DNA of 62,328 bases, the filler included. It is 11 parts of 11 records of this genome, joined end to end, with 100 filler letters (N's around TTAATTAATTAA, not from the genome) between each part and the next. Parts side by side here need not be neighbours in the genome. Positions count along the whole stretch, not along the records: positions 24,382 to 28,558 come from SRR15195285_493; positions 28,659 to 39,072 come from SRR15195285_494; 9 more parts are not named here. The stretch is one strand, 5' to 3'. Shown here piece by piece: positions 24,282-37,387 of this stretch; position 1 is the stretch's first letter, and the number at the start of each line of letters is the position of its first letter. Below the pieces are notes generated by a model that did not search any database, was not told the DNA's origin, and saw only the letters and a list, made by a program, of their open reading frames with translations. The translations under genes and the position numbers were made by a program.

Positions 24282-24834
24282 NNNNNNNNNNNNNNNNNNN
24301 NNNNNNNNNNNNNNNNNNNNNNNNNTTAATTAATTAANNNNNNNNNNNNNNNNNNNNNNNNNNNNNNNNNNNNNNNNNNNNACTCGTAATTAAGCGCTTA
24401 GAACGATAGTAATTACTCTTATATTAATCGTGTAATGAGGAAGTGTGGGCGGCAGACGCAGTGGAATTTTCGGCGACGTTCGCTCTGATGGGTGGACGGT
24501 TGGTGGGCTGACCATGTCTATGCTCTGATTCATGAAGTACATGAAGTACATGAAGTTTTGGTTTGTTTTGACCATATTCGTTTTTGGTTTTGATAGATTT
24601 CTGCCACAAATTCGACCAAAGTGTATATCGCCCGATCGCGCATCGCTGTACTATTGTGCGCAGTGGTGGCGGAGGCCGTATGGTTCATGGTTGCTCGACG
24701 CCGAGGCCTTTGTGCTTGGGTGTACCGACGCCACTCCCAGTCGACCGCGACTGTGAAGTTGCAGTGTGGTTGTCGTTGGACGAACAGATTGTGATTACTT
24801 CATGATTTCATGAACGATTACAAGAGCTGCCTTA

Positions 24835-27800
24835 CTATGCGCAACCGCAACTTGTTGACACGTTCAAAGTACGGCCACTCTCGCCCGCATCCTGTGTAGC
24901 GTGCCCCACCGAAACCAGCGTTGCGATGATCGACGTTGCTCCACCTCCGACCATGGTCGAGAACTTCGTCAAAGTACGCTTATCGACAACAAGCCCAAAG
25001 ATCTTGACTGTAGCAAGATAGTCGTCGCGTCAAAAGCAACCCATTCATCAGTCAAATGTGTAGTATCAAGAGCGTGGCGGTACTGACATACTATGAACTG
25101 AAAGGTGTTGGGCGAAGTGACCTACAGCCAAGTCCTTGTCCTGAGTTCAGATTCATCAGCGACTCACGCAGCGCTGCACAACGATTCTTGTGTGGCATAC
25201 CACCCAAAAAGCTCACGTCATTTAGTTGATCGAGAAGTTCGTCACAAGAGGACGAAACCTGGGCCGGGGCAGCCAAAATCATCAGAGGCAGCACTGCTGT
25301 CCCAGCCAGTCCTATTTTTATCGCTAGAGTATCAGTTGCGACCGCATATGGCACCGCGCAGAGCGTAAATGCCCAGAACCCCAGCATCGTCGCACCCATC
25401 GCTGTGCCCTACCACGCCACAATGCAATTCAGCTATTCCACAGAACGCTTGCAGGCAATCGAACAGGTTCAGACTCACCCAGGCCGACAGCACCTTGAGC
25501 GTCGAGACAATCATCGTGCATGGCTGCTGGACGCGTGTTATCCAAGTCGCGCGCCCGGTGTCTTCCCCGAGGTATTGTTGCGCGGCAAGTGGGCCAAGAT
25601 CCTTCATCAGATCATCCACCGCATCTTGCGCCAGCGTCACGGCAAGGCACAGAGACAATTGCCAGGCCGGGTAGACTACTGAAAAGAGCATAGCAGCTGG
25701 CACCCAACATATCACCAGCAAGACTGCGTAGACGGTCTGCATCGTGTTCGAAATACAGCCCACGGGTGGAAAGAAAAACTGCGCAATACCACCGTCCAGT
25801 TTTTCGCTGAGTATGTCATCGTCTGAAGACCACAAATGATCGGCTATAATTGAAACGAAAGCGACCAATGTGAAAACCACCAAAACGAGCAATGTTGCGG
25901 CAAGCAAAATCGTAATGTAGAAGCAGATGTGCAGCCAAGCAATCGCATTGGCGTCGAGTTCCACGCGCTCGACACCAATTCCATCCGCCCTCAGCCTCGA
26001 AGTCGACGTATGCGAAAGCAACGCAATCCCACCGAGCGACACAACCGGGAAACTACCTGTCTTTGTACCCTCTTGAACAGAGGGATCAGTGACAAAAGCA
26101 ATCGCCCCAGCTTCGTTCTTGGATTTCATCCTCAGCTCTTTTTCGTACTGCTGCTGCGCAACGTCATGTAGGTGGTGTACAGAGAATTTCGCCATGTTCG
26201 GCACCATCAGGTGATGCAAAGAAACATTCTTGGTGGCCGGTATCATTTCGTAGGTGAGCAGTTGCCACTTGAGACCAAAAAGCGACCTATCGTACCAGAA
26301 CCGAGAGGAATATTCTGTGATGAATGCGTCTAGAGCCTGGGAGGCCTTGTCTAGTTCGGCTTGGAGTTGCTTCTTACTCTGGGAACGAAACAACCGGAAC
26401 CCCGTGTCATCCTGCGCCAGCTCCTGTTCTTGCACCAGCTCCACCAAGCGGACTTTTTCGGCGCTGAGCATTTCATACTTACGCAATTTTTCGAGTGCCT
26501 TGGCTATACACTCAGGAGTCTCCATGGTTACAATGCCGTAATGTGCAATCGGTGCTGACTGAGAATCGCCTGCTTGCGTAATTCTCTCATCTAGCGTGCC
26601 GTCATCGTCGTCACTGCGTTGCAGCACGTAGACTCGAGCGCTGGCCACTGTTCCAACTTTAGAAAACATGTCCCGCAGCTCTTCGTCATTCATACTTTCC
26701 AGAACGTTAGTCACGTACAGCGTTCTCCCCTCGTAGCTCATGGTGCCGAAGGCCTTGTCAATCAACTCGATACTTGTATTCGAGAATCGCGGACGTCGGG
26801 CGCGCATAGGCATGCGGCGAACAGATTCAGAATGAGTAGGGGATAAATGAGGCAGCTCCCCGTGAGATTCCTTGGAAGCGGTTGATGGTATCGTTTCGGT
26901 CAGGGTCATCGTTGTAGTGTCGCTGAGATCAGCGTCGAACTTCTCACCTGCAACTGTAACCTGCGCGCTCTGCATACCATCGACAGCTGACTTCGACAGC
27001 TGACTTTGCGCTGCTTCATCAAAATCTTTCCAGCCACTTTCATCGTCAGGTTTGAACTGCCAGTGTAATCCTGGGACGGTTGCAGGCAGTCCACTGACCA
27101 AGTTGTCTGTGCTGTTTTCGCTTTGTTCGTTCGCAGTCGAACGCTCGGGCGGTTTGTCCGAGGCAGCGTCACTTTGATCTCCCGCAAGTGATGTTGGCGC
27201 CAGGGCCCATTTCCTGAGCTGATCAAGAGTCACCTTTGATTTATCGCAATCTTGGAAGCTTGGATGGGTGCGGATGAAGCCAGTTTCTTGCTCTGAAAAT
27301 GTCCGCCGCTTCAGGCCCAAGAGTTCCGTGCTGCCTGGTATATAGTCACTTGTGCGCATCCAGCTGAGCTCATCTAGTCCCTGTCGCTCGGTGTACAGAA
27401 CCCCGAGCTCACGGATCAGCAGCTCGTCCCGAAGAGTCTCGCGTGTGGCTTCCTTTTGAAGATCGATGTCAGCCCATTCCAGCTGAATATTTTCTACCGG
27501 TGGTGGTGACGGCGGTGGCGGCGGCGATCGTGGTGACAACGTCCCCGGCCGACTCGATGTTCTCACACTGCGGTTGCTCGGAGAGGTGGCACGCAGGTCA
27601 TTCCTGGCCTTCCTGGCCTTCCTCTTTTTGCGTTGGGTCTTCATCTCCACCAAATATTGTTGCTCGTGCTCTACAAGTTCCGTTCCACGGTGGGCGCCAC
27701 GAACTGCCTCTACAAGCCCCCTGAACTGGAAGAACCACGCACATGTGAAGACAAAGATACCGACCCCGAGCATTGCATCGACAGGTGCACTCACGGTGGC

Positions 27801-28256
27801 ACAGCCGTATGCGAATTCTAAGACGTAGCCAACTGAAGCCACGAATGGCGCGGCAACCATTAAGGCGCGGACTACCATGTTCAGCGATTTTTTCTGCAAG
27901 ACGACAGAGATCCATCCGTCAAACCACTCCGGCGCCAGTTCGACTTTTGAGCGTGTGCCGTGGTGAGTCTGCTCTCCCGCAGCATTGTCCCACCCTTCAG
28001 TCACCAGCCCTGCGTGTACGCTCTCCTCAACGCCACAGGACAGCTCGCTGTACCCCGTTGATCCGTCCCGTAGTCTCTGCGATGTCAAAATCACAGTGCA
28101 TGAGACAGTATGGGCGATAGGCAGGAAAACCTCCCTTCAAAGTTGGAGTGACGGAGAATTTAGATGGACTGCTGCGATGAGACGCTATAGTGTAGACACA
28201 GAGAGCTGACAGGTCATTCCACTCACGGATCGACTGGCTGAGTCCACACTGCGCAT
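24835..28256 (-). CDS. Gustatory-receptor-like 7TM (7TMIC/DUF3537-like) protein with inserted WWE and RRM domains
   Basis: gccATG 28256; introns 28226-28077, 25478-25409, 25125-25008. Two N-terminal TMs, WWE-like WQFKPDDESGWKDFD..VTVAGEKFDADL, RRM RTLYVTNV..LRDMFSKVGTV..YGIVTM, further TMs, and PAQVSSSCDELLDQLN..GQGLGFKIFGLVVDKRTL. Confidence 0.75.
28057..28234 (-). mobile_element. Spliced MITE-like element, copy A (178 bp)
   Basis: 10-bp TIR GTCGATCCGT/ACGGATCAAC (9/10); donor GTGAGT at 28226, acceptor CGCAG at 28077; homologous to 43756-43924. Confidence 0.85.
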
Positions 28257-28806
28257 GGCCCTGCTGCTCGTCCGCGTGTGTTCTCGCACCACCCCACCGC
28301 TTGCAGCCCTGCAGGCCGTCGGGCGGCTTTCCACACTGCGTACTCCCCGAATTACACGTCACGTGTATGTACGCCGGTAGTATCCCGGCCAGAGAGCTCC
28401 CTGCACCCCCCTGCTCCGTCGGTCTTACGTACGCACGCGTCGTGAGGGATCCGGATAGCCTCACTAGCTAGGGATAGCAGCATACGTAGCACGAGACGAT
28501 AGCTGTGTCCACAGCGATGAAGTACAAGGTGATATAGCGGTATTTTGCCTCATTTGGGNNNNNNNNNNNNNNNNNNNNNNNNNNNNNNNNNNNNNNNNNN
28601 NNTTAATTAATTAANNNNNNNNNNNNNNNNNNNNNNNNNNNNNNNNNNNNNNNNNNNNTCCTCGCGCGCGCGCTCGCGTTGCGCGTCGCGCGCGGCGGTG
28701 GGCGTCGCGATACAATTCATCGATGTGGCATATTCCTGTATGTACGGCTTGAGGACCTCGATGCAGTGGAGATAGCAGGTCCTGCAGCCGGCTCAGCTGC
28801 CATCAC

Positions 28807-31800
28807 ATGCCAGGGGTGCCGCGACGACCAGCACGGTTGCTGTCCTTCCTGCTACTGCTGCTCCCTAATGCTGCAGAAGCACCAGAAGACGCCGCTCCGG
28901 ACAGCAGCGCGCAGCAGGAGCTGCAGGAGCCATCGTGCTATGTCAGGACCGCCGTGCTGCGAAAGTTCGACGGCCCAGCTGCGGCTGCAGGTGTCCGGTA
29001 TCTAGCGGGACTAGATATGTGCCGGCGGGCAGACGGAGGTGGGGCATTGGTGACGGTGCATTTTCAGCTGGCAGACGGTTGCAAGCTCTTGGCGGAGCTG
29101 CACGAGCAGCTCACACCGCGCAACGATCCTGCGGATGCGCTCGGTGCTCCAGGAGCTTGCGCGGATCTAGTCGCGCAGTACGGCTGCGCAGGTGCTACGC
29201 CCCCCGCAGCTTTACGGGACAAGACACGCGGCCAGTCACTGGCTGAGCTATGCCCGGCGTCGTGTCCGTTGCAGGGGCGCAATGCTTCCGCGAATAAAGC
29301 GACAGCTGCAGAGCTCCTTCGGTCTCCGCTGACCCAGCCAGCGCTTGGCTGCACTAAGACCACACCAACCTGTCCACGTGCGGTGCTCATATCGCTTCCG
29401 ACGGGTGGGCCCGCCCGCAGCTACCTGCTGCGTGTGTACGCCACCCCCGGTGCATCTGATGGCACCGAGGTACCGATGGTTGTGGAGCTGACCTTGGCTG
29501 TGGCGCCTGTGTCTTGGGGAGCACGTTTCTATGTAAGCAATGTAGACAAAGACGTGTCCGAGGCAGCATCAGCGATGGGGGCTGAACTGCCCCATCGCAG
29601 CGCGCTCCTGCCGATACCATTTTCTGCGTTTGAAGCGCACGATGTAGTACTGACATCGCCATTGCGCCGGCACCTCCGGATCGGGACACGGTACAATTTC
29701 GAGGTGACTTTGAGAGATCATGCGCAGGCCGTCGCCTTGGTGCCAGCGAAGGGTGCGAAAGGAATGGCGCGGAATGGGCAGCTATTGCGTTGGATGCATC
29801 TCGCGCCAGCCGAGGGTGTGGCGCCGAAGGCAGGGATTGTTCGATGGAGAGGGAGCGCTGTCATCAAGGCGGCGGGCGGGCTTCTTATGATCATGGCTCA
29901 GTTTGGTAGCGGCAATTACGATGCACTAGTCCAGTTTGAAGTAACAGATGATTTGCAGCTTGTGGATGGTTCGACTGGGGCACCAGGCAACCAAGCGTGG
30001 AAGACACCTGTGCGGATAATACCTACACCAGCGTCTATGGGTGATCTTGGTATTCAGCCAATTTCTCATCCTTACAGCGAAATCTTCCTAGCCGGAATGC
30101 ACATGACCATGACGCTGGCGACGAAACGTCCTACACGTTTACGAATTCAGACATCCAGCGAGCAGCAACACACGCTGCACACAGATCCACCATCAGGCGT
30201 GGAGGACCAAGCCTCCAAGATATGTGAGTTGGGAGAGGACAGATGCAATTCTGTTGGTGTCATATGGGAACAGCCGAGAGTGCTTGTCACGCACAATGCA
30301 GCCAACACGGAGCATACGATATACGTTCACTGGGACCACCCAGACGCACAAGTGGCCAGTGATGGTGACAGCGGCAATGACGGTGGTCGGCTGCTGCAAG
30401 TGTATGCAGCAGATCTTGTGACAGCTGACGATGTCACGGGGCTACAGCAAGGCTGGCCGCAGGTGCTTGAGTACTCCGTGTGGGTAGCTGCGCACAAGCA
30501 TGGGAGTGTAGCTGACACTGGCGGAACAATTCTGAGTGGACTCGCATCCTCACTTGGTGGATGGTTATCTGGATCCTTGGATTCCGGCCCACCGGCTTTT
30601 GTTCCACTGAAACGAGGGAACTCTGGCAATCCAATCTCAGTGGACCGGCACCTACAGAACCTCCCTACAAATATCAGCAACTCTGTCGAAAGCTTGGTAA
30701 GCCGCAAGTCTCTCAGGTGGATGAACATCAGCTGCCTTGCTGCACCCGTAGAGTTCATACGTTGACAACAAGAAATGTGTGCGTGACAGGCGACAGGACT
30801 TTGCGTCTGGGATGAACCAACTTGGAACTACCGCTCCATCTTTGGTTGGGTTACGAAGAAGATTGAGTGAGAGCGGCAGTCCTCTAACTATGACTCATCA
30901 TCTCCTTCGCTTTTCAGCATCATACATGTAATGGGCTGCATGTCGCTTGAGCATGAGGTCTTATTTGACTGTTTCACCATTATGATCATTGTCGCTTGAT
31001 GGTGGGTTGCGTGATGATGCAGATACGACGAGCCATTGCTCAGAGTCTTGGAAGAAGATCCGATAGCACGGCGGACGATTCGGCCGATGGAGCCGCAGGA
31101 GGTCCTGGCACAACGCCGTACTGTATGTTCGGGCTATGCAGCATTGACAGTCGCGCTATGCCTACTGTGTGAAATTCCAGCGTATAGCGTCACAGGCCAT
31201 GCGAAATCGAATGCGAGAATAGGCACACCCTCATCGCAGCGGCTTGGCCACGCTTGGGTGGCGGTGCATCTAGATGGGCGCTGGATGTTGAGTGATCCAA
31301 CGTGGGCAAGTGCTGCCATCGACGATGAGAGCATGACGCAGCATGAGCGATGGGATGGCTCGGATGAGGTAGCAGATGATGGCCAAGCTGCTGATGATAT
31401 GGGGAGCGGGACCGAAAGTGTCGTCGACGACTATTACTATCTACCGTCCGCAGCCGAGCTGCTACCTACGCACCTCCCAGAAAATCCGCAATGGCAGCTA
31501 CTGGATACTTACAATCCACCGATTGATCGAGAGCAATGTGAGTCAGCATACGAGTAGAATTTTCTTCCAGATCGCACTGAACGACTGTGCCAAAAAACTT
31601 GGTCGTACTTGTAGATCAAGTTTTCGTGCATCTCTACCCTCAAATTAGCTCACTGAGACATTGCGTTCTCTCAACTGCATCGACTCAATCGTGGTGCAGG
31701 GGACAATCTACCGAAGGTGAAGCCATCATTTTGGAAGGCGGGACTCTCCCCTTTGACAATCGCACGTGGTGATTCTAACGGGAGCCCTGAATCTGTAGCC

Positions 31801-33705
31801 GCGATGGAGCAGGCAGAGAGCGCATGGGAGCTCTGTGAGGCATCTGCGGGCGGACGCGATGGATGGCGCGGTCTGTTCTTCAGTCTTGGGCAATGGGCAC
31901 CGGTGCACTGCACACGTCTTCATACAGCTGGACGACGTCTGTACCCTCCAGTTGCATCAGCTTTCACTGGCACTTCCGGAGAGTGGGAAGTTGTCCGATT
32001 TGGACTGCGGCCTGGTGCACCCAGAGAGATCGACCTGTTGCCTAAGGTGTGGTCTGTTTCTGGAGCAATATCTGCCGACACAGAAGAGGCGGAAGAGGAC
32101 TACATGCACGACAAGCATCGGCAACAGGAACAGGCATCTGGCTGGCGCAGCCTCGCTTCTGTACGTAGAGAAAACGACGAGTTCTCCGTCTACGTCGTCC
32201 TTCCAACGCGAGGAATATATGTGCTGCGTATCTACGTGGCGTTGGCAGCCCGAGCTGCAGACCACAGCGGAAATGAGAAAGTTGTTTCATCGACGCCAGG
32301 CATGAATCAAACAATGCAGTATGCACACGCCATTGACTTTCTACTCGAGGCGTCGGCTCCGTTGCCTCACTGGGTCGACTGTAGTGATTGTCTGTACCCA
32401 CGAATGTTTGGAGCTGCGGGTGCAGTGACGCTGCATGCTCCGCGCCAGCGAATCTTGCGGGTAGGTCATGACTACAATCTAGTGTTGGAGCTTCCATCGC
32501 ACGCTCGTGAGCAGACTCTCGTTGTCCGCGATGCAGGCACCGGACGCGAGGTGCAGTTGCATTGTACGACAATCGGTACACTGCTTGGGGTGCCCAAGTT
32601 CGTTCGAATGGCGTACGCTGGCTCCTTTCGGTGCGCAAAAGAAGGGGTGGTTACAGTCTTCACACGTTGGCGAGGAGACCGGACGATGCGTGCAGTGATG
32701 GAATTCGAATGTCGCATCGATGGCCACGCCCCGCTTCCAGGGACCGGTGGTGTCATGCCACCATCCAATGTGGTAGACGATGCGACGACGTCGATACGTT
32801 GCGAACGTCTTGCTTGTCTGCCAGTGCTACCAAATGTTGCTTTTATTCAAGATGCTGGCGTAAGCCTTGGATTGTTGCTCATGAGCCACACAGCCGCTGC
32901 GTGGAGCGTGATGACGGCGGAGACGGAGCGTATAACCTTTTCGACCGCAGTGCCGAGCACTGTATCAGCGCAGCTCAAGGAAACAGGAGTTTCTGACGCA
33001 GCACAAGATCCGGGTGTGTACACCTTCGTGAGTTCTAGCGCAGGCGGACGGACACATGAGGTGGAGCTGCGCTGTCGCCGACCGTGGCGGTATGAACTGT
33101 TGATTTTCGCTGGGCCGCGAATGGATGCTTCTCCACGCAGTCTGCCACTAGTTGTGCAGTATACTGTCGATGCGACGCCCACAGGGCTCGATCAAGAGAG
33201 TTCTCGCAGTGCTAGTGGGATTGTCGCAAAGCGACAGGCGCAGCAGTTCCCTAGGTTGTTTGCAGAGTTCAGCAGCTGTGACTGCCAGCTTTTGCAGCCA
33301 CGTATCGGGAAGCTCGCGGCCAGCCCGCAAGCAAGGGCCAACTTCACGCTGATTCTAGGTGTTGAGTGTGAGGCGACAGGGGTTGCCGTGATTCAAGCTG
33401 GGGGCGACGGTACCGCTGCGAAATGGACGCACTTGCAGGCAGAAATTGCCGGTGCCGAGGATAGCTACTCCGTCGCTTCTGTCTCTGATGCTCGTAGGGT
33501 CAGTAGTGCCAGTGAGAGCAATCATCAAGATACCGCGACCGAGGGAGCAAGACCCTTGCGGTGGACTGGTATAGTGGAAAAATTGGAGCCGGGTGAAGTT
33601 CACATCGCAGTCCAGTTGGCTGCGACGAAAACAGGAGAAGGGCGACAACAAGCGCGCGGTCACTCGGGCGAGTACCGCCACTTCGTTGAGTACATGGTAG
33701 AGTAG
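28807..33705 (+). CDS. Signal-peptide-bearing kyphoscoliosis-peptidase/hillarin-like transglutaminase-fold protein with Ig-like repeats
   Basis: LLSFLLLLLPNAA signal; triad VCSGYA / GHAWVAV / LSDPTW; YYYLPSAAELLPTHLPENPQWQLL; GT-AG introns near 30707, 30867 and 31538-31699. Confidence 0.8.
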
Positions 33706-34000
33706 GTATAGCCTCAGTGCTGTGAAGACTATGGCCGAGCAAGTGTTTGAGCGCCCTGCTTTGCGCTAGCAACTGCAACTGTAGTGCAGGAAACACGGCG
33801 ACACACCGTGAATCCATAGCGCACAACGCTAGCGAGACACTACGAAGCGTCGGTTGTAGACATGATATTTGCGAGTCCGCGCTGCGATCGGAGCGCCTAG
33901 GGCCAATGTCACATTCTGCGGCACAGTAAACGATATTGTTGTCTCCTCAATCAACAACTGTGTCTGACCCGTCTCTTTGCTTTTAAAACGGCCGTCAGCT

Positions 34001-36669
34001 CTACTCCTTTGCATCATCAGTACCATCCGGGTCCTTGTCAACTCGCAGCACAAGCTGGCTTGAGCTCTGAAAGTGCGTCAGCGTGCTGCTACTTGTATTC
34101 ATATCTGTCGAGGCTCGCCGAGCAGAACGCCTCTGGGCTTGGGCTTTGATATCAGCCTGCAAAGTTCGACATAATGCATTGGGGTCTGTCAGACAAACTA
34201 CATCTAGAACACCAAGACAGTAGAAGCCAGGGTGCAGGTCTTACCTGGAAGTCGGAGACGGCATCAGATGGACCCCCATCCGGTAGGAGAACATGCGCAG
34301 CAATCGCAGGGATGGCACAGCATAGCACACGAACCAAGACGGCCACCCACAGCATGGAGAAATCCTTTGCAGTCACTCCTGTGACAAGCCGTAAGTTCAA
34401 ATCCACAACGGTCAGCACACTGACCGGGAGCATGGATTTGCGCAACATCCTTTTAACCGGTGGGTTGAGAGAAAGAGACGAAGCGATGCGTACCCAGCCA
34501 GTCAAGGAGCGCAGCCCCCCAAAAGTGCGCGACATCGCCACCCACATTTGAGATGGCCATGATCGTCGCAAATAACGTTGCCTCCACATGATCAGGACAG
34601 ATCCTCGCCGCCAGCACCAGAAACGGCAAGTGCTTCAGCTGCCCTAGCATCTGGTGAAATACCTGGTCGCCTATATCCGCACAGGTCAAAACGGCCAGAT
34701 CAAGAGCCCACTGCAGAGGTTTTGTGTGGCGTATAGTACAGACAAATGCAGACAAATGACAGGAAGCCCCTTCCCCCAATTGATGGCTGGTCTGTGTGAT
34801 GCAAAACGCTAACGAAGGGCGTTCCCACCGATCATGAAGGCATGGTCAGGAAGACCCAGGGCAACGTTCGCTCGACTGACAATCATCAGATCAGGTAGGA
34901 TCGACAGCCCTTGCACAAACCATGCCCAAAAGAAAATTGTGCGGAAGTCAGTCGTCTTGTATCTGCACAAAGCGGCCGTCACATCTCAGAATGATATCAC
35001 AAATCACAATCAGAACTGGTACGCCAGTTGCTGGCGTGCAGTCTGATGCTGCTACATTGTAGGCACACGCACCTAGCGTTGTAGAGCACCACGCCAGCTA
35101 AATAGCCGCAGTGACCTAGTGCCTTCAATGCACCCATAAACGCGGGAGAAAAGCCGATGCAGCCTCGACGATTGATGTCACACTCTCCACACGCCTGCGG
35201 GCACTGGTTCCATGCCTGCGCGAGCAGCTCGAACTGCATCTCCCGCGCCTCCTCCACCTCCTCGGCGGACTGTAGCCACGAAAAGCTGTTGTCATATCTG
35301 CTCCACGTTCATCAACCGAGAGTTAGACTACTGCTAGAGTCTTATCAAACGCGGTTCGATCAGAAACCCATGCGCAGACAGAAAATCTCCCTGCGGAAGC
35401 TGAAGAGTGCAGAAATACGCCACGTCTGACGAGAGGCTGGCAACGATCTGAGGCGCGCTAACAACGTCGCGGGGCAACGGCCATGCGCACATTTGTGTTC
35501 GGCATTGCTGCGCCCCTTTATCTACAGCATTCGCTAGCTGCACACCTCTACTTGCAAACCAGGCGCAGCCAACAACTGTTGTGTCTAGTCCGTCCAAGCC
35601 TGTCAGCCGCAGGCACAGTCCAGTCCAATCGAGCAGTCAGAGCTGGAGGCAAGCAATCCTTCAAAGCGAGCACAATTTCACCTGTATCCATGCTGTTTGG
35701 ACCAGGCGGCAACGGATGAGTCCAGCCGTCGTACGGCGGAAACGAATCAGGTCTGGGTAGATCATCCTGATCCGTCCAGAACTTGAAGGTCGCAGAACCA
35801 ACCGACGGTAGCGCAGCGTACATGAGAAAGATGTAGAGCGCCGCCTTCCACACCAGGGGAACCCGGACAGTCTCGCAGAGCAGCCGGACCTGAAGTTCCA
35901 GCTTGTCTTTTGTCATCCGAGGAGCCGGCTCCTCCCTAAGGTTAATAGCCATTGCCACCGTCATGGCATATATCAACCCAAACAGTCCAAACATCGCACG
36001 CGCCCCAATTACACCGTACAGAATTCCACCGCCGACGGAACCCAGAATGCTGCCGATCGCGTACGATCCCCACGCAAGTGACTGCAGATTACCTGCAGCC
36101 GTCGCCGGCTCTTTTTTCGCACCAGCTGCTACCATAGCATCCACCACAACGTCGTTGAAGGCGAAGCCTAGGCTGATCAGGAACAGACACGCAGTTGCAG
36201 CCCACTCGTTGGGCGAAAGCAACGCCAGCACCAGGTAGCTGACGGTGGCCGTGGTACCCATCAGCCCAAGGTAACCACGCCGATGCGTCCCACACAGTGG
36301 TACAACGTCCGACAGCATCCCGTAGAAAGGCTTGAGATTCCAGGGGACACCGGACAGAGTGATGAGTACCTGCGCTCGCGCTGGCGAGAGCCCGAGCCCG
36401 GCGCTAGCGTCCTGATAGTAGTAGTCAACGGCCAGATTGGTGAAGCCCACTCGCGAGCCCTGCAGAAAATATACCAGCATGATTGCTCCGAGGAAGTTAC
36501 TCCCAAACATCTGCAGCAGCCGCGCCCACCAGTGCCGTAACTTTGACATAGTCGAAGCCGAGCCGAGCGCGGCGTCCACCCGCGGCAGCGCGTCGCCGCT
36601 GTCGTCAGCGCCGTCGGCGCTTGAGCGCAGCAGCGATTTGGTCTCTCGATCGTCAGCGCTCGATGCCAT
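34001..36669 (-). CDS. Folate-biopterin transporter (BT1 family, MFS); multi-intron
   Basis: PWNLKPFYGMLSDVVPLCGTHRRGY; FNDVVVDAMV; LAARICPDHVEATLFATIMAISNVG; stop 34003-34001. Confidence 0.9.
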
Positions 36670-37387
36670 TTTTCGAGCGGCAAAACCGTTGGCCGCGCTC
36701 GCTAGACACACGACTAGTGCCCGGTTAGCTCCGCGCGGCGCTGCAGGTCACGCCCATCGCAACTCGTCCCTACTGGTACGGGCGGCCGCAGCGCAAGACG
36801 CGCGATGAAAACTCGCAAGGGCTCGCCGTTCGTGCCGCCCAGCAGCCAGCTCGATCCATCACGCCACGCTCGACCTCGCCTTTTGCTATATACAGAGATG
36901 CCGCTAGAGGTCAGCTAGATTTGCCGCTACAGGGCAGCCATTTTAGCAGTGGATCACCCATCTCATCCTTGCCTGCGCACATGTGCATGCATTGCTGGGG
37001 CTCGCGTGCGTGCGCGCGCGCGCGCGGCCGCCGGCGCGATGATCTCGCGCCGGCGCGGCCGCTGGCCTCGCTCTCGCTCGGCTACGCTCAGTGGCGGCTC
37101 TACGTAGATCTAGCTAGTGTATTCTGTATACCGCAGGCTTCAGGTACTGGTCAGACGTATAGACGATCGCCGGGTTTATGATAACAATATAAGTATAATA
37201 CCGGTACCGCCGGTATCCTCTTGAAACGTGCCTCTATAAACATGCAATTTCCTGCACAGCTCAGCTTCGTCGACTTCGTTCGTTCGTGTCGCGCGACAAC
37301 AGCTGTCTCGGCGCGGGGAGCGTCAGCCGTCACGCCTGCTAGTCGAGCGCCCCACCAGAGCCAGCCACAACTGAGGCAGAGTCTAAT

